Origin: Sarea resinae | Lineage: Eukaryota | Reading direction: 5' to 3' | Length of the DNA: 50,242 bases | Assembly: GCA_026026165.1 (NCBI GenBank) | Contig: JAPEUD010000034.1 | Coordinates: 186,001 to 236,242, forward strand | In this document: piece after piece, positions 1-12,947 of the stretch | Position numbering within the stretch: the first letter of the stretch is position 1 | Layout of the letters: every line of letters begins with the position of its first letter | Made by a program: the position numbers and the translations under genes | The notes under the pieces: model-generated | Told to the model about the DNA's origin: nothing | What the model saw: only the letters and a program-made list of their open reading frames with translations | The model's database searches: none

Positions 1-436
1 GCGTGGCGGGATGCACTCAAAACGCACCAGAATGGCTACTATGAAGCCTTACTTCAGGTCGTTGGGGTAGGTCCGAGTCGTTTGTGAGAGACCGTCCGCT
101 ATGCTTACTAGTCTCGCACAGGAAATTACGCAGAACCTAGTTGATGAAGAGGCCGCCATCAATGATTCCATCATAGAATATCACAGACGGGGTATGCAGC
201 TTGTTGAAGGACTTGCAGATGCACACCGAAAGCAACGGGCCGAAATGATCGTGAGGTTAGAACAGGAGAAAGATGCTCAAAAGGAGGCGTTTCTCGCTAC
301 GATGGAAGCAGCGAAGACGGGAATGGGTCTCACGCGTTCGGCTTTCCTCCAAGTCGATTGTGGACAGAAAGTTGAGGCTCATCATTCTCGACTAAGGGGG
401 CATCTGGGGACCTTGTCAGGATCTGTGGGAGAGTGA
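1..436 (+). CDS. 3' end of a hypothetical coiled-coil protein (gene starts left of the window)
   Basis: Open frame from position 1, GTAGGT...CAG intron at about 67-121, then a charged helical exon (EITQNLVDEEAAINDSIIEYHRRG...) ending TGA at 436. Confidence 0.6.
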
Positions 437-1069
437 GGATCAAGAAACTCGCCCGCGGCTGTTGCGAGCCGCCTGTTATTACTTTTGTCTGTTATTACTT
501 TTGTCTCGCCTCTTCGAATTTTTCATTTTCCAATGTCCCAAATATATTCAATATTCGAAAACTCCAAAGATATCAGGACTTCGATAGCATATATCCGAGG
601 TCTGGAGATGATCGTCAAATAAGCCGAACGATGCAATACTTGACACACGCCGTTACATCTACAGATTGCTCATCATCAAGGCAAGCAGCGGAGGTAACCC
701 AGCAGTGTAAGCTCGCATAAATCGTCTTACCATCATTCAGGTTCGCATGAGGGCTCCGACCTCGGGTGCTAATCATACGAATATTTTTGGCGCAGGCCTT
801 AAGCTGCCGGAGAATTATTATGTAATCTGCGCCTCGCTGCTCGCCCTACCTTATCTTCCTCCACCGACCCAATGACGTGCCAATAATCCATCCACTCTGT
901 GCTTTGCTTCCGGTCATATCTAGCAATCATCGCGAGGCGTCGATTCAACTCTCTATTGTCTTCTCTCGTCAACAGCCGGTAGCGTTCCAATGTATGCCGC
1001 ATAGCGTTATCATACCGAAGAGCGTTGTGCATCTGACGAAATCCCACTCGGCCACCCCGCATCGAAAGG

Positions 1070-2274
1070 ATGTCCGGCTTCCACCCCTTCAAGGGACGGG
1101 TCAGTAGACACTTCGTCGAGACGGTATGACCGATTGTTGCCTTGCTCCTGGAAGCGTCCGCCCGACTTTCTGTCTGGTCTGCCATATGACGTCCGTCGGA
1201 CGCCGCTGCTGGCGGGAATCTTGGCTGATGTGCCCCGCGTCTCCTTAGCTGAGCCCGGACGATGCATATCTGAGCTGTGAGTGCATCTTAGAATTGCCAA
1301 TGAAAATGTTTCTAATCACTGGACCTAGACTTCGATGTCCGCTGTATGTACGCCGGGCCATGAAAACTGCCATGGAGCAAGCATTGATGGCAGCATAGTG
1401 ACAAAAGAAGACGTCGATACTCTGAAGAATGATTGGCTGACCGACAATGTGAGCGATCCCCCACGTACTCTGCCTGAAGCTCGTGCTGACTTGCTCCAGA
1501 TCATTTCGTTCTGGGAAGAGTACGTCTCGCCTGCTACGGCAATGGTGAATTCATTGCAGTCGAGGGACGTGCTGAAGCCTTACAGATATCTCGAGCGCGA
1601 GGAGCTCATCAAATTCCCCTCTTCCCACATTGTCCTCCTTCGTCCGTCCATGTGCTTTATGCTGAAGGAGACGGGAGATCCTCTCACTCTGAAAGATGCC
1701 CTCCCGAATTTCGCAAAAACAAGTCACATATTTCTCCCAATAAACGACAACCATAATGTTGAAGTTGCTGAAGGTGGTTCGCATTGGTCCCTGCTGGTTG
1801 TCAGTGTGATCGACGGCGTTGCATTCCATTACGACTCGCTCTCTTCTGCTAATCGAGAAGAGGCTTTTCGTGTCACTCAAAAGATGGAGCGTTTGCTGGG
1901 CAAGAAGCTCCGCTTTATCGATCTACGAGATAGCCCGCAGCAAGAGAATAGCTCCGACTGTGGGGTTTTTGTCTGTGTCGCGATGCAGCACCTGCTGCTC
2001 GATCGGCTGATGTGCGCTAGTGAAACGGACAAGGTCTCGATGGGCATGGGAGACATCAGTGTCAATGCTGCGGCTGGGAGGAGGAAGATTTTGAAGCTTG
2101 TCGAACAATTCCGTAAAGAGGGCGAAAGGCGAAGATCGTATGTCTTTCCATCGTTTCCTGCTTTTCGGCCAACGATCATCACCCTCCTCTAATACTAACC
2201 ATTGCCACAGCTCCAGCTCCAGTCCATTTAACAGAAGCAAAGACGATGGGAAGAGTCCTCCCCGCATAGACTGA
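1070..2274 (+). CDS. denA: NEDD8-specific protease (Ulp1/C48 family, SENP8/DenA/Nep-like), multi-exon
   Basis: Spliced N-terminus MSGFHPFK...LSPDDAYLSYFDVRLTKEDVDTLKNDWLTDNIISFWEE. Catalytic motifs GGSHWSLL, HYDS, QQENSSDCGVF. C-terminus KSPPRID*. Canonical GT-AG introns. Confidence 0.9.
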
Positions 2275-3538
2275 AGATAAACGGCCTGGAAATCACGATT
2301 AACGACCTCCCACGAATAAAGCAAAGTCTCTATCGCTCACGAATCGACGAGGAAGCGGGGTTGGATATCCAGCAGGAGTACCGGTACACCATCTTTTACG
2401 ACGCCCCTTTGACGAAGCTAGACCCCAGGCCCAGAATAATATTGAACGTTTTCCTGACTTGTCCAACTTCAAAGCCAGAAGCGTTCTCGAGCCTCGGCCT
2501 GGCTCATGTCCACCTAACGCGTCGGACTTGTTCGGTAGGACGTCATTCTGTCCATTTCGCCAAGTCATCCACACCATCATCTCATCTATCTCTTAATTCT
2601 CTCCTCCAGCACGGCCGTCTCTACCACCCAGAACCGACGCGTCTTCCCAATCGCCCTTCTCGTATATCGCACCCACGCGCACGCACATTCTACATCGAGC
2701 CTCAGCATCCGTTCTTATTCTGAATTACAAAATCTAGCTGCATGGCGTTCTGGCATTGGCATTCTGGCATTCGAGTATACTGGCCGACATTCACGAAGCA
2801 GGTCTTTCCGTCAAGCGTGTCTGATTTTCTTTGGCACTGCCATTGAGCCGCATGTTGATGGAGCCGTGTTGAGGGTTGCCCCGGGAGGGCAGACAGAGAA
2901 AGGGAGGTGGGGAGCTTAGAATATACATGGCACATGGAAATATGAGCGAAGGTTAATTTATTGATTGATGAGTTGATCGACTGATACATGTCAAACGGCT
3001 TAAAGCTTGTCCTCCTCGCTTTCAATTCTTCTCAGACGCCCTTAGGTAATGAAGCTGGGATCCCGAATCCGTGTCCCGCGAAGAAAATCAAGACTGAAAT
3101 CACCCCGAATCAACCCAGCCCCGCGCGGACAAACGCCGTGAAACCCTTCCATCACTCCATGCGAAGAGACAAAGCCAGGGGCAAACCCCAGGACGTCCCA
3201 TCATATTTCCCCTCCGCGTTCAGCAGAGGTCTCGGACGGGTAGACAATTTCGAGGCTACCGACTAGCCATCCTCAACTTGAGTGCAATCTGTTCATGTGG
3301 AACTTCGACCAAGCGAACGCGGCGGCGCGAGGCGTTCTCCCGCGGACCGCAGTAAGACTTCGAACGAGAAATGTCCATCACCGGCGAACGCTCGGCCAGC
3401 TTCCGAGACGGACCCCGCGGCGTGGTCGAGGATGTCCGTTCGACGAGAAGCCACAGCGCAAGCACGGCGAAGCGCGCGTTTCCAGTTCATGTCTCATCCC
3501 ACGCGTGTCCCTCCGCACCCTTATAGGGACAGCCACCC

Positions 3539-4299
3539 TTATAGAGACAGCCCTCGTACGCTTTCCCTCACCCAACCCAGCACCCACCACGTCGCCACGC
3601 CGAACCCGAACAGCGCGAGCAGACCTACGGCGACGAGGGCAACGAGCACTCGATCGCGTGCGGCGAATGCATCGGTGATCTCCATCCGGAAGAGCTTGCG
3701 GTGTTTCGCGTGGACGGTGTTGGGAGGAGGAGCGGAGCCGTCTTTCTGCGTCGACTGGCTGGGAGGCCCTGGAGAGGTGGAGCTGGTAGTGAAGGAGAGG
3801 TAGGACGTTGTCTTGGAGCTCGAGCTCGGGCTGGGGGAGGTGGGGGCGTGTAGGCGCCGCGTAGTGCGTTTGTCTATCAGGACCAGCGAGAGGATGAAGG
3901 AGATGGTCAGAAGGGGCGTAATGAGGATCTGTTTCATCGCCTAGCAGTCAGTCACGATCCTGAGACGATCAACGCAGTAGAATTCATGGTAGAAGAGGAG
4001 AAACCGACGCGAGTGAGCCACGATCCTTCTTCTTGCTTCTCTAGCTCCTCCTCCTCTTTCGATTTGCGGGCGTCATCTTCAGCCGATGGCCCTGGGCTTC
4101 CATTTCGAGGGGATGTCGAGCGCGGTGCGGGAGGGGGAAAGGGCGGAAGCGCGTCTAGGGCCGAGAGTGTGGATTTCGTAGAAGATGTCGAGCGGGACGG
4201 TTGGTGGAACTGGGACTGGGATGGTGGCTGTGGCGGTGTCCCGGGGTGGGCAGGTTGCTGCGCTGGTGACGGTCGTGATGAAGCTTCAATGGCCGCCAT
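3539..4299 (-). CDS. Hypothetical small membrane protein, 2 exons
   Basis: ORFs 3952-4473 and 3539-3937 join in frame across a GTCGGT...CTGAC...TAG intron (about 3941-4007). Two hydrophobic segments flank HAKHRKLFRMEITDAF. Confidence 0.6.
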
Positions 4300-5231
4300 G
4301 ATCGCGGGGATGGAGAGGCCGCACTTATGAACGCCGCGGTGGTCCGCCGCTGTCCGTCGTGACGGACGCCCGAAGCCGCAATCGATGGGCGAGATCTTGC
4401 GAGCGATGCACACGTCGTGGTATGCAGCGGGGGGGAAGCTCTCGGCCTCACTCCGTCCCGGCGATCTCTTCACAGTTCGATCGAAAGGTTACGACCACGC
4501 ATCGAGATCAGACAATGCTCGCACGTCCACTCAGCGGTATCGTTGATGCCACTCGCAACGGAGCTGATTGCCGGTGCGGCTCATGATCTTCTCGCGTTGG
4601 ACGCGTGGAGGACCGGGCGGGGCGGATGGTCGATTGGAGGGAGCGCGGGGGAGAAGAATGCGTGGCGAGTACGTAGTGCTCTCCTCCAGCGCTTTCGATG
4701 TTGCTCGAGTTGGCTTCAATCACCCAATGCTACGTATGTGACTCCCTTCCACCGTGAGAGTCTTTGCCTGCGGATTCCATCGAATGCCCGTCGATTCCCT
4801 CCAGGCGGGATCCCCCCCCCATGACGAAGCCGAGCTGTCAGTGCCGCGCGCCTTCGTCATCGTGGCGCCCCACCGCTCGCTTGCCGCTCGGGTGGGATCA
4901 GGCCGCTGGGATGGTCCGGGCTCGAGGACTTCATCTTCCGCCCTGACTCGCCGGCGTCCGAGGGACTCGATACCTCGTTCCGCCACGCATACTACGACGG
5001 ACTACGTAGAGTAGTACTGCGGAGGTGGTCCGTGGTCGTCGATCGTGCGATGAATTACTACGTAGTACTCTCCCCATCAGGTCGATGTGGGAGGACACTG
5101 GGGGGGGAAGGGCTGGTTGCGAGAACCGACACGCGCGTACTCGTAGGTGGACACTATGTACACATGAATTCTTTGGATTTTCGAGAGGACCGCGTTCTAG
5201 TTGGGGGGCAGAGAGACCGCACAGGAGCGCC

Positions 5232-6409
5232 TCACGAGCTCCGCGAGTTGGCGATGTCCAACACCAAGATGTCCGTGGCGCCGACCGCCTCCAGATCATC
5301 CATGACCGTCGCGATCTTGCTCTTCGCGACCATGGAGCTGACCGCCACCCAACCCTCCTCCTCCAGCGCGTTGATGGTCGGCGCGCGCTTGCCCGGCGTG
5401 ATCTTGGTGGCCGTCTCCAGTCGCGATCGCTGGACGTTGTACTGGCAGAGGACGTATTTTTGTGCCGCTGAGATGTCCGGATTAGCTTCAATCGTAGTGC
5501 GGTAGACCTCTCACTCACTGATGACTCCTTGGATGCGAGAGGCGATGAGGTCGACGAGCTTGGGGTTGGACGGGTTCTTCGATCGGATGAGGACCGCCGT
5601 GCTCTCAATCACCGTCGCGATCGCCTTGAGCCCCGCTGCCTTCATCGTCTCGCCCGATTCTGATGCTGGTCAGCGATGATCGTCGGCGGGCGTGGGCCCT
5701 CGACCTACCCACGAGATCCACGATCCCATCTGCCACCCCCAGCGCGCATGCGGCCTCGACGCTCCCTCCCACGTACTTGATCGTGGTCTGGAGTCTCTTT
5801 TTGGCCTTGGCATCGCCGTTCACGACCACCTCCAGCTCCTCCTCCCCTTCCAGCCGCGCAAAGTATGCCTCCGACAGTCCCACGAAGCTCGTGACCACGT
5901 TCTTGCCCACCAGCTCCCCCGCGTCCTGGATGCCTCCCTTCTCGGGCACCTGGACCTGCAGTTTACACCGGCCGAATCCTAGGTCGAGGACCTCCACGAC
6001 GCCCGCATTCTCCGTGGAGATGGCGACGGCATCATGCTCGGCGACCTGGTCGCGTCCGGTGATGCCCAAATCGACCTTTCCTTCGCCGACGAAGGTGGGG
6101 ATGTCGGCCGCTGGGAGGAAGATGAGCGCCAACGGGAGGTTGCGGACCAGCGCGATGTCGAGACGAGTCTCGCGACGGAATTGGATATCAGAGCCTGCGA
6201 GCAGGTCGAGGGTGGCCTGATTCAGTCGTCCCTCTGCACTTCCCCGTTAGCAAGCGCCGCGCTCTTGGACCGTGGATGGAGCAGACGCACTCTTGGGCAC
6301 CGCGAACAGCAATCGGTCGTTGAGGCTTCCCAGCGCGTTAGCAATCGGTGGCAGCGAGCGACGTCTCGTCGCCATAGTATTGCATGACTCACTGGTTCAC
6401 CAGATCCAT
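5232..6409 (-). CDS. HIS1: ATP phosphoribosyltransferase
   Basis: MDLVNH start, RLLFAVPK, IALIFLPAADIPTFVGEGKVDLGITGRDQV, GSVEAACALGVADGIVDLV, TPGKRAPTI. Four GT-AG introns. Confidence 0.97.
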
Positions 6410-6442
6410 CTTTCCGCGCGGGCGCACGAAGCCTTTTCAACG

Positions 6443-6448
6443 TGACTC
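6443..6448. promoter_or_regulatory. Candidate Gcn4/CpcA element (TGACTC) just upstream of the HIS1 ATG
   Basis: TGACTC about 35 bp upstream of the ATG. A perfect TGACTCA also overlaps the first intron donor (about 6385-6391). Histidine genes are classic cross-pathway control targets. Confidence 0.35.
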
Positions 6449-7897
6449 TCGACGTCAATCGCTCGGCGTGACCTTGAAGGCTCTAGACGAAGATGCGCGG
6501 CGTGACCACGAGCGACTCTAGATGTGTTTGCCGGCGTCACGACGTTAGGAAGTGTGTAATGGTGCGCGCTCCAGCTGCCAGCAAAGCTTGATCGACACTA
6601 GCCATCGGGCGGTGGAGGGGTCGCAACGGGACTACGCATTACGGATGCGGACACCTCCATCTACTCTAAGGCCATCTCATCTGATCACGAGGCGATCCCA
6701 CATCACCGACTCTCGATGGACGAAGGGGACGGCGAGACCCGCCGACCACGATGCTCGTCGTCTTCCCAAACCGCTCCCGCGGATCTCGTCGTCTCCCACG
6801 ATCATTGATTCCGCCGTCTCCGATCGCGGGCGCCAAAGCGAGCACTGAGGGATCCTCGTCGAGGGGTCGTCGGTACGTACTTCGTCCCCCGAGGTCTGGA
6901 CTTGGGACGAGGAATTATTCTGTGAACACCGCCTTCCTCGCTACACACATTCTCGGTACAGCAGACGACATCATACGCACGCGCCGAGTGGTGTCCACCC
7001 AGGATAGAGAGGATCGGGTCATGGAGAAGATACGGCGGTAGGCTCGCTTCAGGGGCAAGGGGAGGAGGTGTACAGAGGTCGTTCAAGGTGAAGACGAGGA
7101 AGAGAGTAGCATCGGATTGCGATCTCCGGAACAGCAATCCAAAAGATCAAGGACGGTGATCCTTCTTGCTCGCTCTATCCCTGAGGAGTGGTCCTCGTCG
7201 ATCAGATCGGAGAGAGAGATTAGATCGATGCGTGAGGAGAGCCGCACGTGCGCAGTGCTTCGTGAGGTACCTCGGTGCACCAACCGAGATGCGTCCTTCA
7301 CAAGTACTGGCGACTGTGCGCAAGCAGGGCGGTGTGATGCCTTCGGCGGTATCGTCTACTCGACGCTGCTCCTATGCACACCTCGGCTCTTCTGACGCAC
7401 CTCGGACCTCTCTTTCTGACCGTGGAGCGCATCTGCTATCTTCACGCTCGAGAGACACCAGCCCGAGCTTTCGCACCGTCCCTTCGTCACCACTGGGATC
7501 CCCCCTCTCCGTTGATCGTTTCGCCAGCTTCCTTTGCCCGACCCTTGTGCTTCCGCTTCTGCTTCCGCTTCCTCAGCATTCCGTTTCGCTGGAGTGAGTC
7601 GGGTCGAGGGACCGAAAGACGCAGAGAGGAAGACGTCTTCAGCATCAGACCTATCTCAGGAAGCTGGCCGCCTGGTGACGATACGAGACCCATCGCCGAT
7701 GACCACACGCGTCGACGAAGTCTCTACGTCCGAGCTGTTCGAGAAGAGCAGCCCAGCAGCTGGCTACGACTGCTTCACGCCAGCCGAATCACATCATCTT
7801 CAAGCGCATACCTGGCTCCAAACCGCGCGGCTGAGCCAACGGCATCCATCGTCTCACCTCATCACGCACACCAGAGGAACGTTTCGAAAGAGCACGA

Positions 7898-8646
7898 ATG
7901 GCACCTCCGCGCGCGGCCCGCACCACCGGCGTGACAAGCGTCGCCGACGACGCACGATCCGAGGCCTCGAGTACGCGCGAGCGACACGCAGCCACGCATC
8001 CACATCCGAAGAGAGGCAAGGAGAAGAGCGCGGGGACCGCTGGGGCCACGACGTCGGGTCTAGCGCACGGGAAGGATGCGGGCGTCGGAGCGGCGGGAAG
8101 TGGGATCGTCGGCGCTGCGCCCGGCGCAGTGGATGGAGAGGGCACCGTTGCGGCTGCGGGAGGTGAGGGTGGCGTAAATGGTGCTCCGGGCGTAAGTGCT
8201 CCGCAATCGCTCAATCAACCAACCTGGCTTTCATTTTCCACTCCGGTCCCCCATCCTTGCCTTTTCTCCTCCCTGTTCTCTCCCGCATACGATGGAATGC
8301 ACGCGTCCTCGCTAACATGATACTTCAACAGATCTCCTGGCCCACGCTTCCCACCCCACTCCTCCACGCCTACCGCCAAGCACATAGCCTCCCCGTGCCC
8401 TCCTCCTTCTCCTCCGCCTACAACGGCATGATACTCTCCCAGCCCGGCTCGATAGGGCGCTACTCGCCCACGATGGCCCGCCGCAAGGAGAAGCGCCGGG
8501 TCAGTAAAGAGACGCTCGCGATGGCGGTCCGGAAGAACTTCAATGGCCTGGCTGTCCAGGAGGGCGATGTGGTGGTGGGCTTCTTGTACAAGGTCCGGTT
8601 TCAGGATCGGAACTTTCGCATGCGGTTTGCGCCCAAGGGGCGATGA
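7898..8646 (+). CDS. SAP30: SAP30 subunit of the Sin3/Rpd3L histone deacetylase complex
   Basis: MAPPRA start, intron 8192-8331 (GTAAGT...GCTAAC...CAG), C-terminal Sin3-binding motif LHAYRQAH...LAMAVRKNFNGLAVQEGDVVVGFLYKV. Confidence 0.85.
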
Positions 8647-9149
8647 TGTGCGGTGCGCAGCTGAGAGGATGCGGGGAATTGCAAGCGGGGGGGGGCGCGG
8701 AGGAAGAAGGAAGCAGAGCAAAGAGCCTGAGATACAGACGACGTGTGCTCACCTGGTTGGATATCGGGGATTTCATTTTTGTTTTTTGTTTTGTTTTTTT
8801 TTTCCCTTCTTCTTAGGGGGTTTGGGCATCCAAGGGCGTCATGGTTCAACGATGATAACGACTCCGGTGTACCCTGGCGGCTCTGAGTCTCTGGGTATTT
8901 CGACAGGCACCAGATAGGGATACCTTTTTTGCACGCGTGGGCTCGTGCAGATAATACCAAGGATACAGAGCTAGCACCAGACAGACACATCCGCACTCGA
9001 GACAGAATTGACAGATACGTGTTCGGGTTCATAGATCAAATGGAAATGAACTTTTGGTTTTTCTTTTCATACAATCATATATGCCAAGATGACATTGATG
9101 AGGTTTTTGAATGGGAAACCCCAAAGAAAAAATAAAACGGAAGCGTCGT

Positions 9150-10797
9150 CTAGACGAACAGCTCCGCCGTCGTGGTGGCGCCACCCTTGCCGTCAAGCGT
9201 GTCCTTGTACTTGCTCAACGCATGCGCCACCTCGGTCGACACAAACGTATCGACCTGCTGGGGCGAGCGGCCGGTGAAGGTTTTGGGATCCAGCAGCGCG
9301 TCCAGCTGGGGCAGGATCGGGGCGAAGAAAGGCGTCCTCCTGATGCGGTCGATGAGGTCGTTGTCGCGGCCGTCTTTCTTGACGACGTCGGCGGCCTGGT
9401 GCGAGAGCACGCGGATCTCCTCGTGCGCGTCCTGGCGCGAGATGCCCTGGGCCGCGAGCGCCATGATGATGTTCTCCGTCGCCATGAAGGGGAGCTCTTG
9501 CTGGATGCGCCGCTGGATCACGGCGGGGTAGACGACGAGGCCCGAGCAGACGTTGTTAAGGAGGATCAGGCATGCGTCGGCGCAGAGGTAGGATTCGGGC
9601 AGGCTGATTCGTCGGATGGCGCTGTCGTCCTGCGGGTGCGGTTAGGATGGTTAGTTAGCTAGGCACAGCAGGATAGGGCGGGGCGGGGAAGGCCTAGGTC
9701 AAGGAGCCTCTCATCTTCATCTTCTTCTTTCGGCTTCGGCGCGACTTACCAGTGACCGCTCAAACCATTGCGCTGCATACGTGTCAAGGGCGTCTTTGGG
9801 CAGGTTTTGCAATTTCCTGCCCAGCGAGCAAAGCCGTTCTGAGCGCATTGGATTTCGTTTGTATGCCATTGCGGAACTGCCGATCTTGGAGGAAGTTAGA
9901 TCCCAAACGCAATCCACCTTGTATAGAAGAACTGTATACTTGGTCTTTCTCAAAGGGTTCTTCGACTTCTTTGAACATAGCTAGGTGTCTGATATCTCCT
10001 CCGATGCGCTCGCAGGTGGCGCCAAAGGAGCCCAGGGCATTCAGCACATCTACGTCGATCTTGCGCGAGTACGTCTGACTGCTGATGATGAAGGCGGGGG
10101 ACTGGAAGCCGGCCTTTCTGGTCACCAATTCGTCTAGCTGCTCGACCTTCTCGTGATTGCCATGGAACAGAGCCAGGAACGAGGCGGCGGAGCCGACGGT
10201 GCCCTTGACGCCGCGGAACCGGACGTCGGACCGCGCGCGCTCGAGGTTGCGGAGATCCATGAGGAGATCCTGGATCCAGAGGCAGGACCTCTTGCCCACG
10301 GTAGTGGGCTGGGCCGGCTGCCCGTGCGTGTAGCCCAGACAAGGCAGATCTCGGTATTTCTGGGCGAAGTCGGCCAGCTTCTGGATGACCGTTGCGAGCT
10401 TCGGGAGGAGCAGGTCGAGGCCGTCTCGGAGGAAGATCAGATCGGCGTTGTCGGTGCAGTAGCACGACGTCGCGCCCAGATGGATGATGCCCGCCGCGCT
10501 GGGCGCCACCTGCCCGAAGGCGTGGACGTGCGCCATCACGTCATGCCGTCTGCGTTTTTCTTCTTCGGCCGCGACCGCAAACTCGTCGTCCGTGATCACG
10601 ACGTGCGATCGCATCTGCTGCAAGGCTTCGTCGGAAATGCCTTCGAGTCCGAGCTCTTGCTCGGCTTCGGCTAGCCAGAGCCAGAGATGTCGCCAGGTGG
10701 AGAAGCGATTGCGCGGCGAGAAGAGCGCCTTCATCTCATTGCTGCAATAGCGCGAGTTGAAGGGCGTCTGGTAGATGTCGTTGTCGGTAGCAGCCAT
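9150..10797 (-). CDS. ADE13: Adenylosuccinate lyase
   Basis: [34 protein letters not shown], fumarase-superfamily signature [28 protein letters not shown]. Two introns. Confidence 0.98.
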
Positions 10798-11781
10798 GAT
10801 TGCGGTGGTTTGATCGTCAGGCGGCGGGTGGGAAAGGAAAGGTGCGAGAGGTGAGAAAACGGGCGCATCTACGGATGATATTTCGCTTGACCACCAGATT
10901 TGACACAGTCAACACCTCTTACAGCACCACCCGAGCAGCATCCGAGCCAGCCAGCCCGGAAGGCAAATGTCTAGACGTTCGAATTGCACATTGTTGGTAG
11001 CATCAAAGCTTGAACGTGTGCGCCTCAATTGAAGAGAGCGACATCAAGCTCACTTGTCGCGTTCTCTTCCCATTCAAAAACTGGAACGGCAGATGAGAAG
11101 CTACGGACCAACTGTGGTCCATCTTTAGAGCTTTTAGAGATGGTCGAACAGCATGTAGTGAATGCGTCTTGATAGATGGCTTCTGCAGCGAAAAGAGTCA
11201 ATCATCACGCGGGTCGGTGTGTTCGGATCGGATCCTGAGCGCATTCTTCTGGTCAAATTCCGCACCGACATCACTGTGCTCGAAAGGAAAATGAGCCACT
11301 AGCGATATTCTGTGTCCGAATGACGCTTGATAGATTCTCTACGGAAGCAACAACCAGCAGATGAATGTATTTACCCGGCTATCAGTGGGTAGCAGGAAGG
11401 AATAGTCACCGCTTCTTTTGAAGCCTCGCACGGGGCTTGTTTCAGCAGAGAAGGAGGGTTGATAGACTTCAGACTTCCAAAGAAGGATTGCCTGAGCTAC
11501 AGCCTTTGATAGAGCAGAACAATTAGAGAGCTTGTTAGGGCACTACTTAATATCTCAAGATATAGCGGTGTAGAACCAGCTCATGTAAAGACTGTCAGAA
11601 TTGCTCCTCAAGGCAGACATGGATTTCAGATCACGGTCTGTCTCTGTATAGAAAGGCAATACCAACAGAGCGTATTAGGGCCTACCTTAGGGAGGGACAG
11701 GAACAGTAAAATATATTGCCCTTAAGCCGGCTCCTGACGAACAAGCGTCTCAGACGTCAGTTTCTGTCATCAGAAACCCCC

Positions 11782-11853
11782 ATCGACGTGGCGCAGAGGA
11801 AGCGCGCAAGGCTCATAACCTTGAGGGCGCTGGATCGAAACCAGCCGTCGATA
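11782..11853 (+). tRNA. Initiator tRNA-Met (CAT), intronless
   Basis: Cloverleaf with acceptor ATCGACG/CGTCGAT (A1:U72), D arm GGCGCAGAGGAAGCG, anticodon stem CAAGG-CTCATAA-CCTTG, T loop GATCGAAA (initiator-type A54). T-run terminator downstream. Confidence 0.95.
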
Positions 11854-12749
11854 CATTTGGATTTCTCTTTTTGCTCTTTTTTTCGAGACTAGTCCATGGC
11901 TTATTTTGGGTTGGTATTCTAAGCAACCTATCATTTATGATGGAAGCGCGGGATGTGATTCCCCTCTATCTCTCTCCCGTCGCTCTTCAATAAAATCCAC
12001 ACTCACGAATCAAAATAGCCGGGCTCAGAGACCCGGGGGTCACTGGATCGAAGCCAGTCAATGCGAAGGCTACCCTCTTAGGGACTCAAAAGATTTTGCA
12101 TTTTCAATTCTCCGCATCTGTATTTCGGATCTTCTTGGCAGGAGTATGCATCACCCAAGAGAATACTACCTATGCGGACCTCTATCGTGGGCTGCACACG
12201 ATATACAGCTCGGGTGCCATTGACCCTTGAAAATCAGACTCGCCCGTGGGAGCGTGGAATCGTTGTGCACGGCGGGGTATCCGGAAGAGGGGCGGGGCGG
12301 GGCGTCATGTATCTCATCCTTATCTCAGGATGAGATTTATCTCCAGTACAGAGTACTTCGTCTCACAAGGCCATACTCCTACGTCAATTCCTGTCTGGAT
12401 CCTCCGATGGCCCTCCAAACTGCTCTGGTGCAACACTCAGTCTGCCGTAGTCTCTGTCTTCAGATCCGCAGCGATGGATCATGATCCCCGAACGTCGTTG
12501 CCTCCATGCAGAGAATTTGGATCGTACCGAGCTCCAGCTGGCACGCATTGACTGCCCGAAGCAGACGACGACTGTCCGTCAGGCGTCTCAACGGTGAATC
12601 AGCGGGATTCATTCGGCATAGGCTGTGATCTTGCTTGTCCGTAAATGACCCCATCGGCACGCATGGTCCCCCGGACTCCTTACGCGAGTCGTACCTGGTA
12701 CACCGTACTCAGTTGGGTTTATCCTCTGACCTTTGGATGGGAGGGTCGT

Positions 12750-12769
12750 GCCCTAGATCTCAACCCTAA
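12750..12769 (+). promoter_or_regulatory. Two CCCTA boxes (GCCCTAG, AACCCTAA) in the RPS28 promoter
   Basis: Resemble the (A/G)CCCTAA motif found in ribosomal-protein promoters of filamentous ascomycetes. About 180-200 bp upstream of the ATG. Confidence 0.35.
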
Positions 12770-12947
12770 GCGAACGCACACCCAATTCACGTTACCGGGA
12801 TCGTCGAAAGTCAACCATCCAGCAGGAACCACGCGCCTTCAATCATCTCCAGCCACCCGCGACACGCCCAATACAGTCAGTCCTCTCATCATCCGCTCTC
12901 TCTCTCGCCCGCGACAGACGACTGATTATCATATTTAGATCGCAATC

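Noticed and set aside
560..680. Possible C/D snoRNA on the minus strand (TGATGA...CTGA with an 11-nt complement to LSU GATCGTCAAAT)
   Set aside because: The complementary stretch is not positioned next to a D or D' box; likely chance.
4931..10750. Long antisense and alternate-frame ORFs over HIS1, SAP30 and ADE13
   Set aside because: Shadow ORFs caused by high GC3 codon bias of the real genes.
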